A DNA stretch of 64,000 nucleotides from Octopus sinensis (GCF_006345805.1 NC_043018.1:26660001-26724000); one strand, 5' to 3'. Shown: positions 13,656 through 28,089, counted from the stretch's first letter. Translations and numbers: made by a program. Notes: generated by a model from the sequence alone, not told the origin.

Positions 13656-13842
13656 TATATATGTATATATATATATATATATACATATATATATGTATAA
13701 TATATATATATTATGTATATATGTATATGTACATATATATATGTATATATATGTATATGTACATATATTATAGATATATATATATATATATTATATGTAC
13801 ATATATATATGTATATATATATATATATATGTGTGTATATAA

Positions 13843-13873
<31 letters not shown>

Positions 13874-13957
13874 ATGTACATATATATATGTATATATATA
13901 TATATAGATATGTACATAATATATGTATATATATATATATATGTATATGTACATATA

Positions 13958-14029
<72 letters not shown>

Positions 14030-14032
14030 GTA

Positions 14033-14066
<34 letters not shown>

Positions 14067-14081
14067 GTACATATATATATG

Positions 14082-14113
<32 letters not shown>

Positions 14114-14170
14114 ATATATATATGTATATATATTATATATATGTATATATGTATATATATGTATAATATG

Positions 14171-14204
<34 letters not shown>

Positions 14205-14236
14205 TGTATATGTATTATATATAATAGTATATATAT

Positions 14237-14274
<38 letters not shown>

Positions 14275-14770
14275 TATAGTATATATGTTATATATATATA
14301 ATTATATTATGTATATATGTATATATAATATATTATATATATATATATGTATAATATAGTACATATATATATGTATATGATATATATGTATATATGATAT
14401 TATATATTATATATGTATATATGTAATATAGTATATGTACAATATATATATATATATGTTATATATTCATATATATATATATATACGTATATGTATATAT
14501 GTATATGTACATATATATATGTATATATATATATATATATTATATGTATATTATATATATATCTATATATATATATGTATATATGTATATGTATCATATA
14601 TATATGTATATATATATGTAATATATATATGTATCTATATGTATATATATATATATATATCTATATTATATATGTATATAGTATATGTACATATATATAT
14701 ATATATATGTATATATGTATTGTACATATATATCGTGTATATATATGTAATGTATAATTAATTGTATAGG

Positions 14771-14801
<31 letters not shown>

Positions 14802-14871
14802 TAATATATGTTTGTACTATATCTATATATGTATATGTATATATGTATATGTATATATATATTATATATGT

Positions 14872-14902
<31 letters not shown>

Positions 14903-15012
14903 ATATATATATGTATATATGTATATGTACATATATATATGTATATATGTATATGTACAATATATATGTATATATATATATTGTATTATGTATATGTACA
15001 ATATATATGTAT
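12860..15012. repeat. ~2.1-kb degenerate (TA)n/(TATG)n field in DNase II intron 1; a second block at 15425-15980
   Basis: Direct inspection. Recurrent unit GTATATATGTATATGTACATATATATAT. Confidence 0.95.
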
Positions 15013-15014
15013 GT

Positions 15015-15425
15015 GGAAAATATTCCATCAGCATTGCCCAAATGATGTTGGCATCACCTTTAGGTACATCCAAGGCTTGGGCCCCGTGCCATCCGCCCCA
15101 AACAAAAATCGCACCTCATCTCATAACAACAATACGGCACAATTATTTCACCTCAATTGGCCCCGCTCTCTTTAACATTACACCAAAACATTAAAACAGA
15201 AACTGACCCTATAGGGTTCAAGAAGTCTTTGGACAGATTCCTTCAAGAAATCCCGGATAAACCCCCTACACCCGGATATGTCTCTGTAAACAATAACTCT
15301 CTACTTGAGTGGGCCATAGTGCCCAAATTCTGACTTGAAAGACTTCACCAGGTGGTGCTATAAGTTAGACATGGCCTGGGCCAATAATGGCCGAAACCTA
15401 TCAAAGTATCAAAGTAAGTAAGTAC
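15015..15425 (+). mobile_element. CR1-like LINE 3' end; tail-only copies at ~16160-16216(-) and ~54022-54076(-)
   Basis: NYFTSIGPALFNITPK...GFKKSLDRFLQEIPDKPPTPGY...NSLLEW, then tail CATGGCCTGGGCCAATAATGGCCGAAACCTATCAAAGTATCAAAG. Confidence 0.7.
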
Positions 15426-15515
15426 ATATATATATGTATATATATATATATATGTTATGTACATATATATATATATTATATATATATGTATATATGTATA
15501 TGTACATATATTATG

Positions 15516-15549
<34 letters not shown>

Positions 15550-16090
15550 GTATATATGTATATGTACTATATATATGTATATTATGTATATATATACATA
15601 TATATATGTATATATATGTATATATATACTCTATATGTATATATGTTATGTACATATATATATGTATTATATGTTATATATATACATATATATATGTATA
15701 TATGTATATGTACATATAATATATGTATATATATATATAGATATTATATATATATATGTATTATGTATATGTACAATAATTATGTATATATGTATATGTA
15801 CTTTATATATGTATATATGTATATATACATTTATATATGTATATATGTATATATACATTTATATATGTATATATGTATATGTACATTTATATATGTATAT
15901 ATGTATATGTACATACATGTGTGTATATATGTATATATGTATATATATATATGTATATGTATATGCTTATATATGTATATGTCATCATCGTTTAACATCC
16001 GATTTCCATGCTAGCATGGGTTGGATAGTTCAACCAGGGTCTGGGAAGCCAAGAGGCTGCACCAGGCTCCAGTAATGCACCATACACCTC

Positions 16091-16163
<73 letters not shown>

Positions 16164-17467
16164 TAGATATGTTTCGACTAAAGACTGGCTCAGGCCATGT
16201 CTGACTTAATAGCACCTGTCAGAATTTGCTAAATCCACTTAAAGTCAGGTTTTGTGGTATCATGGCTCATTTGAGCAGGGAGTTCTTGCTAAATGAGTTG
16301 TATTCAGGTATATTTGGCTTATGTAGTATCCTTTGAAGAAATATATCATCATCATCTTCGTAAAACGTCCGTTTTCCGTGCCAGCACGGGTTGGACGGTT
16401 CAATCGGGGTCTGGGAACCAGGAGGCTGCACCAGGCTCTAGTCTGATCTGGCAGTGTTTCTACAGCTAGATGCCCTTCCTAATGCCAACCACTCCGTGAG
16501 TGTAGTGGGTGCTTTTTATGTGCCACCAGCACAGCTGCCAGAGGAGGCTGGCAAATGGCCACAATCAGTTGGTGCTTTTTACGTGCCACTGGCACAGAAG
16601 CCAGTCAAGGCGGCGCTGATACATAATTAAGATTCATTTGAATTAGGTATTTGAGTTGAGGTACCAAGTCAGTCTGGTATTATCCACACAGCTTGAAGTT
16701 AGGTGAATAAAAAGCATATAAGTAACACGGAAGTCCAGGTATCAGTGCATTACGGCCATTTCAAGTGGCTCCATTCAAGCAATTAAGGCATAAGACCATA
16801 TAGATTTCCAACATACAGGGTACACTATTATAAATTTTTAGCAAATTTTTCATCAGTACTAAGGACTAAAATAATTATATTACTTCTCGTTGCTATTATT
16901 GTGGCAGAAAGAATTTAGAGAAAGATACTCAAAGCCTACTATAATTTATAGTGGCAGAAGATAATAGTGGGGGGGGGGTCTAGAAAGAGGAATGGTGATA
17001 TAGCTATAATCATCTTTATCCTTATCACATTCAAAATCAATTTATTTATCTTATTTTATAGATCTCTGCTTGATGAACTTTGAGACACAGTGGAACACAA
17101 TGCTAGATTTAACAACAAATTTAAACACACACACACATATTAGGTGCAAGATTGACTGTGTGGTTGAGAAGTTTGCTTCCCAACCACATGGTTCCATGTT
17201 CAGTCCCTCTGCATGGTACATTGGGCAAGTGTTTTCTTACTATAGCCCTAGGCCAACCACAGACTTGTAACTGAATTTGGTAGATGGAAACTGCAGTGTT
17301 ATTGATCAGAAAATAACTGAAAAACATGTTTATAAGAGTTGTTTTATTTCATACTCCTCGTGTGCCAGTTCTGCCCTTAAGAAAGGAGCAAATACAATGT
17401 AGCTGTAGGTCATAACATCCAGGTAACACTGGGGTGCATTGCAAGTATATATATAAATATATATATA

Positions 17468-18479
17468 CACAGACATGCAGGAAGTAAATAGACACCTTTA
17501 ATTTTTTAAATCTTTTCATCATCATCATCATCATCGTTTAACGTCTGCTTTCCATGCTAGCATGGGTTGGATGATTTTGGTTGAGGGCTGGCGAACCAGA
17601 TGGCTGCACCAGGCTCCAATCTTGATCTGGCAGAGTTTCTACAGCTGGATGCCCTTCCTAATGCCAACCACTCTGAGAGTGTAGTGGGTGCTTTTTACGT
17701 GCCACCAGCATGGGTGCCAGTCAGGTGGTACTGGCAACGACCTTGCTCGAATCTTTTTTACATGTGCCACCGGCACAGGTGCCAGTGAAGCGACGTTGGT
17801 AACAATCACACTCAATCATGCTCGAATGGTGCCCTTTTACGTGCCACGGGTACGGAAGACAGTTGGCTGCTCTGGCAAAGATCACGATCGAATTAGCACC
17901 CTACTAGCACATGCACAAGTGCCAGTAAGGCGACGCTGGTAATGATCATACTTGAATGGTGCCCTGGTTGAAGGAGAGGTTTTCTTCTAGCTGTTAGTCC
18001 ATAATACCCAAGCTTATGCAGATATGTAACACATGTTCTTGGACTAACTTCTAGCTGTTTTGCAATATCAGAAGCCTTTGAACGAGGTTCATTTTCCACA
18101 ATTCTCTTCAAACAGCAAAGCCTCTTTTCCAAGGGTCCAGGTCAGCCAGGACGAGAATCTGTTGATTCTTTCCTTGGCTTTTGAATTGCACTATAATTCC
18201 ATTTACAGTTGCAAGAGGAATTTGAAGATTTTTGGCAATTTTTCACTGGCAAAGACCAGTCTCAGATTGTCCAACAATACAACCTCTTTGAAAATCTGAC
18301 AGTTCTGCTGATTTTTTTGTGCGTGGCATGGTTACTCTTCGCAAATGTTTAATATAATGGTACATGGAATGAAAAAGAATAATTACATTGAAAATTCTTC
18401 ACTGCTGAAAACACATTAAGATTCTTAGATCAGAAATTTTGAAAATTAAAGGTGTCTATTTACTTCCTGCATGTCTGTG
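17468..18479 (-). mobile_element. Internally deleted Tc1-like transposon with intact ~38-bp TIRs
   Basis: TIR CACAGACATGCAGGAAGTAAATAGACACCTTTAATTTT at both ends, flanked by TA. N-terminal transposase relic (ELSDFQRGCIVG...LHKLGYYGLTARRKPLL) at ~17965-18330. RTE-tail repeat nested at 17517-17962. Confidence 0.88.
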
Positions 18480-19166
18480 TATATATATATATATTATATT
18501 CAAATTGTGATGAACATTTGCTTTAGAAGTTTGCTTTAGAAGCGTTGAGATGCCTTAGAAAATTAAAGTGATTTTAAATTCTCAAATGCAGGATAATGCT
18601 AATAATATGTGTATATATATAAGGAAAATAAGACAAGGTAGAAAATGCTAAAATAATTTTATCATGAAGAACATTTTAAAACTGGTTTCAGCCTTTGCAA
18701 CTTTTTCAACTTAGAGTAATATATATGTAATATATATATGCATGGCAGTGTGGTAAGAAGCTTGCTTCTCAACCACATGGTTCTGAGTTCAGTCCCACTG
18801 CATGGCACCTTGGGCAAGTGTCTTCTACTATAGCCTTGTGCTGACTAAAGCCTTATGAGTGGATTTGGTAGACAGAAACTGAAAGAAGCCCAGATGTATA
18901 TATGTATAGTGTGTTAGGTGTGGTGTACAGAAATTGAATATTGAGAGAAAGGGTTGTCAGAATTTTGGAAAGGAATCTTTTTATTTCTTCATTATTATTA
19001 GTGCTTAGAATTTTGTGAATGTACAAACAACTTGTACATTCTGACAATAAATACTTCCCTAACAGAATAAGACTTCTTGGTCATAGTATACACAAGATCA
19101 AAGAATAAACTTCTGTTCTCTTATTCTTTCTTCTTCCTTGTATCACACACACCACACACACACACA

Positions 19167-19206
<40 letters not shown>

Positions 19207-19827
19207 GTGTGGTTATCTATGTTATCTATTGATAGCCAGTGGGCTGCAAAAAATAAAAATAAAACAAAAAAATGGACTAAAAAAAATACAGATATAAAAC
19301 ATGAGATTTAATAAGTTTATTAAATAAAACATGTTTTTTTTGGGTTTTGTTTAGAATAGGAGAACATTGTTTTTGTTTTTTTGAGGTGAGATTCCATGAT
19401 AACAGAGATAGATAGGTAGAAATATAGGTAGGTAAATAGGCTGATAGATAGATAGATAGATAGATAGATAGACAGAGAGAGAGAGAGAGAGGAAGATAGT
19501 GAAGGGGGATCCCCCCTTCCTACTCACCATTCATTTATTTATTTAGTCATTTACTATTGTATTAGAATGGGTTTAAGGATGGTGACCACTTCAAAAAAAG
19601 TGTGGTGTGGTCATCACTGAAAGGCTTTTTGTTTTCTTTCTCTCCTCCCCCTTTCTTCCCTTCTTTCTTTTCCCTTTTCTTCCTTTTTTCTCCTCTTTTC
19701 CTCTTTCTTTTTCTCCTCTTTGAGTTATATTTAGAATACAAAATGTATTGTCTCTGCTTTTCTTTTAAACATTCAATTTTGGAGAGTTTTTTTGATGAAA
19801 TTGAGAGAAAACCCCAAGAGAAAGGGG

Positions 19828-20244
19828 ATCTTTTCGGTTTGAACGGCAGTTTTTTTAAATAATTTCCACGTAACTAAACACTTTTAAACTCCGTATACTG
19901 GTAGAATGTGTTTATAAAACATCTTTTTCTCTTGGCTTTATTAAGAAAATTCTATAGTTTGTAAGATATTTGTTGTTGTTTTTTCTTCAATTTCTGCAAT
20001 TTCAACCAATCAAATACATCTATTGAGGTAAAAAACATTCTGTGCCATATGAATTTGTCCCTCGTTTAAGAAACAGATTGGGTTTATTTACATTTGTGAA
20101 GAAAAAAAGATATCCTTCCCCCCACCCCTAACCCTAACCGTAAAACAGATTGAAATGCAATAGATCGATACTAGGGTCATAATTATGGGTGACAATTTCA
20201 TATGACACCGCTAGAAAAAACTGCTGTTCAAACCAAAAAGATTC
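19828..20244. mobile_element. MITE-like element with ~28-bp TIRs; inverted partial copy at 24559-24785
   Basis: GATCTTTTCGGTTTGAACGGCAGTTTTTT ... AAAAAACTGCTGTTCAAACCAAAAAGATT with an internal CCCTAACCCTAA motif. Confidence 0.7.
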
Positions 20245-20267
20245 AATTAATCTTATTTGGGGTTTAA

Positions 20268-20609
20268 AAGGGACATGAAGGCCTGCAACATCAATATTAG
20301 CAATTGGGAAGTAGTTGCCAGCAACCATGGAGATTGGTGACGTACCGTAAAAGAGGGAATACAAAGGAGTGACAGAGAGAGAGAGAGGAGAAATGGAAAG
20401 ACAAGAAAAGACGTCAACAAGAAACTATGGCATTACAACCAGCCAGGAACAGTCTTCGCTACATTTGTGGCACCTGCCAGAGGGTGTGTTTGTCCAGGAT
20501 AGGACTACACAGCCACAGTAGGAGATGTATCAGGACATGAGATGTAAAAGCCGGACTGGACTATTTTATGCGCAACTCCATTGTCTCCCGAGACAAAAAG
20601 GATGCCAAT
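20268..20609 (+). mobile_element. RTE (BovB-like) LINE 3' end
   Basis: RDMKACNINISNWEVVASN...YICGTCQRVCLSRIGLHSHSRRC* (RTE C-terminal CxxC..SRIGLxSH), then a short hairpin tail TTGTCTCCCGAGACAA. Confidence 0.8.
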
Positions 20610-20849
20610 ATATATATATAATTATTTCCAGAGGTATAGCAAGGAGCCAAATCCTGCTTCCACACATATATGACACTCCAGCAGCAACCTTCTTCAGTAA
20701 CAGGATGTATGTAATCTTTAATAAATACTTCCCTAACAGAATAATACTTCTTGGTCATAGTATACACAAGATCAAAGAATAAACTTCTGTTTTCTTATTC
20801 TTTCTTCTTCCTTGTATTACACACACACACACACACACACAGTGTATGT

Positions 20850-21151
20850 ATGTTTGTTCCTTCTTGAGCTATGCCTGGCTTATAAGGGCCAGTTTCCTGG
20901 TTTCTTGGCGTATAGGTTCCCCACCTGGACGGGACGTCGGTCCGTCGCAGATGAGCTGCAAGATGTAGGAGGAAAGAGTGAGAGAAAGTTGTGGTGAAAG
21001 AGCTAGCAGAAGTTCACCATTACCTTCTGCCGGAGCCGCGAGGAGCTTAGGTGTTTTCGCTCATAAACACACACATCGCCCGGTCTGAGATTCGAACCCA
21101 CGATCCCTCGACCGCGAGTCCGCTGCTCAAACCACTAGGCCATGTGCCTCC
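20850..21151 (-). mobile_element. tRNA-derived SINE family D; second copy at 61447-61743(+)
   Basis: Head GGAGGCACATGGCCTAGTGG (A box), GGTTCGAATCTC (B box), ~300 bp long with an (AAAC/AAC)n tail. Confidence 0.85.
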
Positions 21152-22300
21152 CCCCCCCACACAGTGTGGTTATCTTTGTTATCTATTGATAGCCAGTGGG
21201 CTGCAAAAAATAAAAATAAAAAATAAAACAAAAAATGGACTTAAAAAAATACAGATATAAAACGAGAAGGAAGAAAAAAACGATTAGAAAAGTAAAGTTT
21301 ATTTCTCATTTATTTGTATTACTGTGACTGAGAAGTCTTATTCTGTCAGTGATTAATTTATTACAGATTACACACTAATTACATGTTTACAGAGTATATC
21401 TTTAAAGCCCAGTTACGTACTGGGGTCAATGTAATCGACTTAATCCGTTTGTCTGTCCTTGTTTAGCCCCTTGTGGGCAGTAAAGAAATAAGAGACGTTA
21501 GCACACTGGGCAAAATGCCTAGCTGTATTTTGTCTCTCTTAACGTTCTGAGTTCAAATTCCGCCGAGGTCGACTTTCCTTTTCATCCTTTCGGGGTCCAT
21601 AAATTAAGTACCAGTTACGCACTGGTGTCGATATAATCGACTTAATCCGTTTGTCTGTCCTTGTTTGTCCTCTCTGTGTTTAGCCCCTTGTGGGTAGTAA
21701 AGAAATAGGTATTTTTTCTGTCTTTACGTTCTGAGTTCAAATTCCGCCGAGGTCGACTTTGCCTTTCATCCTTTCGGGGTCCATAAATTAAGTACCAGTT
21801 ACGCACTGGGGTTAACGTAATCGACTTAATCCGTTTGTCTGTCCTTGTTTGTCCCCTCTATGTTTTGCCCCTTGTGGGCAATAAAGAAATAAGAGATACT
21901 GATAAAATAAGTACTAGGCTTACAAAGAATAAGTCCTGAGGTTGTTTTGCTTGATTAAAGGCAGTGCTCCAGCATGGCTGTAGTCAAATGACTGAAACAA
22001 ATAAAAGAATAAAAGAATATTGAAGTTTAATAAATTGAAAAAAGTTATTTTATAGTTCACAGTTAGCAACTGGGTTTGCTATGTTTCTCTTTTTTTCTTC
22101 TTTTACTTTTTTCAGTCATTTGACTGTGACCATACTGGAGCACCGCCTTTAGTCGAGCAAATCAACCCCACGACTTATTCTTTGTAAGCCTAGTACTTAT
22201 TCAATTGGTCACTTTTGCCGAACCACTAAGTTACGAGGACTTAAACATACCAGCATCGGTTGTCAAGCGATGTTGGGGAGACAAACACAGACATACATAT

Positions 22301-22333
<33 letters not shown>

Positions 22334-22527
22334 TATACAATGGGCTTCCACTCACAAGGCTTTGGTCAGCCCGAGGCTATAGTAGAAGACACTTGCCCAA
22401 GATGCCACGCAGTGGGACTGAACCCAGAACCATGTGGTTGGTAAGCTAGCTACTTACCACACAGCCACTCCTGCTTATGTTTGCGAATAAAAACCCAATA
22501 TACAGACATGTATGAAATTCTTTTCAG

Positions 22528-22693
22528 GTTTATTGCATACAAACTTCCTCATCACACATCTGTTATTGGAACTGAGTTCTATTACATGGACGCCAATGCG
22601 AAGTCTTGGAAATATTCACCAAACAACATCGATTCCAAAAGCCAACCAATTTATTACACGCTACGACCAATATATGAAAATTCTACGAAAGGG
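22528..22693 (+). CDS. DNASE2: DNase II exon 2
   Basis: ttttcAG acceptor. Completes W then reads FIAYKLPHHTSVIGTEFYYMDANAKSWKYS...TLRPIYENSTKG. Donor GTGAGT, phase 0. Confidence 0.93.
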
Positions 22694-23832
22694 GTGAGTT
22701 ATATTTATGGTTTTGGTGTATGTCATAAGTTTGTGCATAGAATGTGTGAGGTTGTTGTTGTTGTTGTTTAAACCAAGTCAGCTCTGACCCCAGTAGACCT
22801 TTTGAGTAAACATTCCAGCTTTGATTATACCAATCTTTGATTATACCAATCTCATTCAGCACTTTGGTCCTCCTGCTGAAAGAGCATCAGGCTACCAGAG
22901 CCTTCCGAGTCAGTTTCTTCTTGGGAACCTATGGTTGCCATCTGAGGAGTTTTACAGAGTTGACCTCTGATTCTAGTACTTTTGGTAGAGGTTACTATTC
23001 CACAGGATGGCAGATGGAATAGTGGTTTGCAGTATTCAACTCATGATCAAAAGGTCATGAGTTCAATTTCCAGTGGCTGTTGTATCCTTGAGCAAGACGC
23101 TTTATTTCACATTGTTCTTGTCCACACTCAGCATCACCCCCACCCCCCACACACACATGCGCACACACACACACATATATATATATATAAAGTGGATGTT
23201 AAGAGATGATGATGATATATATACATACACACAACAGACGTCCACATAGTTTTCATCCACAAAATCCATCCATTTGGTCAGCTCAGGGCTAGAGCAGAAG
23301 CCAATAGCCTAAAGTGTTGTGCTGGGGGATTGAACCCTAGACCATGTGATTGGGAAACAAGCTTCTTAACCACACAACTACACCTGGGTATATGTTCATG
23401 AGATAATAGCAAAAAATATATATACCTCATTGCCAGTGCCGCTGGACTGACTCCTATGCCGGTGGCACATAAAAAACACCATTTTCGAGCATGGCCATTG
23501 CCAGTACTGCCAGACTGGCCCTCATGCCGGTGGCACGTAAAAGCACCCACTACACTCTTGGAGTGGTTGGCGTTAGGAAGGGCATCCAGCTGTAGAAACT
23601 CTGGCAGATCAGATTGGAGCCTGGCGCAGCCATCTGGTTCACCAGTCCTCAGTCAGATCGTCCAACCCATGCTAGCATGGAAAGCGGACGTTAAACGATG
23701 ATGATGATGACCTCCCTACTTTTATAAGGAATTCTTCAGATGCCAATTGATGGTCTGACGAGTCATACAGAGGCACTGAGTTGTGGTTTCAGGTACTTAT
23801 GCACTGTTTCTTTTTTAACTTTCTCATTGCAG

Positions 23833-23908
23833 AGTTTCATGTATATGATGTACAATGATGAGAAACCGGATACACACTCAGCTACTGAATCATATGGACA
23901 CACGAAAG
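23833..23908 (+). CDS. DNASE2: DNase II exon 3 (first HxK motif)
   Basis: ttgcAG acceptor. SFMYMMYNDEKPDTHSATESYGHTK(G) carries the YND and GHTKG motifs. Donor GTAAAT, phase 1. Confidence 0.95.
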
Positions 23909-24983
23909 GTAAATATTATCCTTGACTGTTTATGTCGCTTATTGCAAGTGTTGTTAGCATGGTTGTTGTTGCAAGCTTGTGAGTTCGTGTTTAACTACCA
24001 TGTAGTGGATACGACCATACGTAAGGAGTTGTTGACAAATATCTCCTTTAAAACACCGCACGGTCGTCCCTAACAAAATATATATATTTCTTTACTACCC
24101 ACAAGGGGCTAAACACAGAGGGGGACAAACAAGGACAGACAAACGGACTAAGCCGATTACATCGACCCCAGTGCATAAGTGGTACTTAATTTATCGACCC
24201 CGAAAGGATGAAAGGCAAAATCAACCTCGGCGGAATTTGAACTCAGAACGTAACGGCAGACGAAATACGGCTACGCATTTCGCCCGGCATGCTAACGATT
24301 CTGCCAGCTCACTGCCTTTAATGGAGACTGTCATCAACAGATAGTTTAGCTTAATGGTAGAGTGCTCAGCCAGCATCTGAGGGGTGCAGATTTCAGTACC
24401 GTAGCTGTCTGCTGACAACTTTTTCTATCTTAAGGCGGTGAGCTGGCAGAATTGATTGCAAAATATATAGTCAAATACATGATATAAAATACAATGCCAC
24501 AAGGAATAAATGAGGATGACAACTGTTCTACTGTTTGAGAGAGAAGAAAACTTTTTGGATCTTTTCGGTTTGAACGGCAGTTTTTTCTAGTGGTGTCATA
24601 TGAAATTGTCACCCATAATAATGACCCTAGTATCAATCTATTGCATTTCAATGTTTTAGGGTTAGGGTTAGGGGTGGGAGAAGGGTATCTTTTTTTTCTT
24701 CACAAATGTAAATAAACCCAATCTGTTTCTTAAACGAGGGACATATCCATACGGCACAGAATGCTTTTTACCTCAATGGACGTCATTTACGTGCCAGACG
24801 GGGCTGGCAAACGGCCACAGACGGATGGTGCTTTTTACGTGCCACCAGCACATACCTGGGTCACTAGCATTATGGAATAGGAGCTTTATTTGCATATTCA
24901 AAATGTTACAATAAACAAATTTAAAAGATATGTATATATGTATGTATGTATGTATGTACGTATGGGTTTATGTATGTAAAGTG

Positions 24984-25310
24984 AAGGCACATGGCTTAGT
25001 GGTTAGAGTGTCGAGCTTATGATCGTGAGGTTGTGAGCTCGAATCCCAGACCGGGCTGTGTGTTGTGTTCTTGAGCAAGACACCTTATTTCACGTTGCTC
25101 CAGTTCACTCAGCTGTAGAAATGAGTTGCGACATCACTGGTGCCAAGCTGTATTGACCTTTGTCTTTCCCTTGGATAACATTGGTGGCGTGGAGAGGGGA
25201 GGCTGGTATGCATGGTCTTCCATAAACAACCTCGCCCAGACTTGTGTCTAGGAGGGTAACTTTCTAGGTGCAATCCCATGGTCTGTGTCGTGACTGAAGG
25301 GGTTTCTCTG
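24984..25310 (+). mobile_element. tRNA-derived SINE family E; partial copy at ~30665-30860
   Basis: GGCACATGGCTTAGTGGTTAG..GAGCTCGAATCCC head, CTTGAGCAAGACAC CORE-like motif and shared body with 30665-30860. Confidence 0.75.
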
Positions 25311-25422
25311 ATGTATGTATGTATGTATGTATGTATATAAATTATGATTTGCTTCAACAGACATCCATCAAAACATCATACATCGATAATAATTTATTTT
25401 ATTTTTTTACTCTTATTTCAAG

Positions 25423-25584
25423 GTGTGATAGCATTTGACAAGCAATCTGGATTTTGGTTAGTTCACAGTACACCAAAATTTCCAGATTATAGACACTCTG
25501 GCTACCAATGGCCAGATAATGGCCACTACTTCGGTCAGACTTTCCTATGTGTAACATACCCTTATAAGGAAATGAATAAAATTG
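25423..25584 (+). CDS. DNASE2: DNase II exon 4
   Basis: VIAFDKQSGFWLVHSTPKFP...YFGQTFLCVTYPYKEMNKI(G) carries the GFWLVHSxPxFP and GQxFLC motifs. AG/GTAAAT boundaries, phase 1 to 1. Confidence 0.96.
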
Positions 25585-27269
25585 GTAAATATACAAATTT
25601 TTGTTTATTTTGTTGTGTCTGGGGAGAGTCATTCTCTTTTAGTGCCTTATTATTTAACACACTCACCGGTTAAATTTCCACTCATTTATTTATTTTTCCT
25701 GAAATTTCCGTTTTGTCTTGCAACTTTTTCAAAAGTCGTTAACGCTGTCCGTTATCTGAACTGCTTATTGTTTCTGTTTATTGTTTTTTTTTGTATTTTT
25801 GTTTTCTTTTTTAACTAGTGCAACAGTAGCATATTTGTCGTTTAAATAGGAGTGGGTTCAATACTTATTTCCGGGTATATGTGTATGAGTGTAACCATGG
25901 CTTCCTAACCACATGGTTCCAGGTTCAGTCCCACTGCATGGTGCCTTTGTAAAATGTCTTCAACTATAGACAAACAGAGCAAGTACCAGACTTCAAAAAT
26001 AGAAATAACAACTGGGGTCCACCAAATGGTGTGTTTACGTCCCTGTAACTTAGCGGTTTGGCAAAAGAGACCGATAGAATAAGTACTTGACTTACAAGGA
26101 ATAAGTCCTGGGGTTGATTTGCTCGACTAAAGGTGGTGCTCTAGCATGGCCACAGTCAAGTGGCTGAAACAAGTCATTTGACTGTGGCCATGCTGGAGCA
26201 CCACCTTTAGTCGAGCAAATCGACCCCAGGACTTATTCCTTGTAAGCCTAGTACTTATTCTATTGGTCTCTTTTGCCAAACCGCTAAGTTACAGGGATGT
26301 AAACACACCAGCATCAGTTGTCAAGCGATGTTAGGGGGACAAACACAGACACACAAACATACACACACACATATATATATACATATATATGACGGGCTTC
26401 TTTCAGCTTCCGTCTACCAAATCCACTCACAAGCCTTTGGTCGGCCCGAGGCTATAGTAGAAAACACTTACCCAATGTGCCATGCAGTGGGACTGAATCC
26501 GGAACCATGTGGTTGGTAAGCAAGCTACTTACCACACAGCCACTCCTACGCCTATAAAAATGTTACCTTGGCATATATATGCACATATGGGTACAGGACT
26601 TCACAAACCATAAACAGCATGATATACAAAAACAAATGAGTTGAATACACAAACAACAAGAGAAATAAATGGAAAACAGGATAAGTAACATAAAGAACAA
26701 CCCTTCATTAGTTGTTGGCTGTCCATCTACTCCTCATTTCGAGCATTGAACGATGGTATGACTTTTTGAAGGCAGTTGCTCCCACAAAAGCCAAAATAAA
26801 ATTTGGGATTTATGGAGGGTCGAAGTTGGTGACAAAAACAGGACAGTGGAGACATACAAGGAAACCAAACGAAAACAAACATGGAGGGTCGTTTGACTAG
26901 ACGAAGGTAAAATAGTGAATGCTGGGAAAATATTTTCTTTGACAAAATAAAAGATAGAAGAAAGAGATAGATAGGATACGTGCAGTCTTTACAACTGCCC
27001 TGAAGGAAAAAAAAAGATGATCACATGAGGAAAAGAAAGATGGACGATGATCGCATGTGAGCAACGAGAGAGAGTAAAGGAGAAAGAGGTGGGGAGAGAG
27101 AGAGAGATAGAAAACAGTGAAGGGGAGACAAAAAGGAATTAGAGAAAGGATAAGAGAGAAAATGATAGGGGAAGAGAACAGCATATATATACATATATAT
27201 AATACACACACAAACATAATACATGTGTCTGTCTATAATTAAAGAAAAAAATTTCTTTCATATTTCTAG

Positions 27270-27470
27270 GAAAACAGCTGAAGTATAACTATCCCCAAAT
27301 ATACGACAAAAGCTTCCCGCAAACAATGGTAATGGATAACCCTGATATGGCTGCTGTGGTTTTGAACCGTTCCAAAGTCTCTTATCCACCTTGGAATCAT
27401 ACTGAAATTCTTATTTCTAAAGGTGGCAAAAAGTTTGTTAGTTTCGCTAAATTTTCAAAGTTTAATTCAG
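27270..27470 (+). CDS. DNASE2: DNase II exon 5
   Basis: ttctAG acceptor. KQLKYNYPQIYDKSFP...LISKGGKKFVSFAKFSKFNS(D) carries the SxGGxxFxSFAK motif. Donor GTAAGT. Not in the ORF track. Confidence 0.93.
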
Positions 27471-28089
27471 GTAAGTAAAAGACACACTTAATATATTTAA
27501 TTATTTTTGTATTTATGTATTTATTTATTTATTTTTGTATTTATATATTTATCGTAGAGTGACCCGCTGTGCTTGAGGAGATCTATTGAGTCAAGTACAT
27601 CAACGTCAACATCAAAATAAAAATCAAATGGAAATTGTAGTTATGATACCCATATCGGTGGCACATAAAAAGCACCATCCGATCATAGCTGATGCCAGTG
27701 CCACCTGACTGGCATCCGTGTTGGTGACACGTAAAAAGCACCAACTGATTGTGGCCATTTGCCAGCCTCCTCTGGCCCCTGTGCTGGTGGCACATAAAAA
27801 GCACCTGCTACACTCACGGAATGGTTGGCGTTAGGAATGGCATCCAGCTGTAGAAACACTGCCAGATCAGACTGGAGCCTGATGCAACCTCCTGGCTTCC
27901 CAGATCCCAGTCAAACCGTCCAACCCATGCTAGCATGGAAAACGGATGTTAAACTATGATGATGATTATGATGATGATTTATTTATGCTTATATTTACAA
28001 TAGGCACAGGTTTTCTAATTGCTTGGTTTCTGGTTCTGTCCCACCGCATGACACCTTGGGCAAGTGTCTTTTACTGTTGCCTGAGGTCA

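Noticed and set aside
24655-24673. TTAGGG telomere-like repeats (also CCCTAA at ~20126-20138)
   Set aside because: Only 2-3 units, and they are an internal part of a dispersed MITE-like element.
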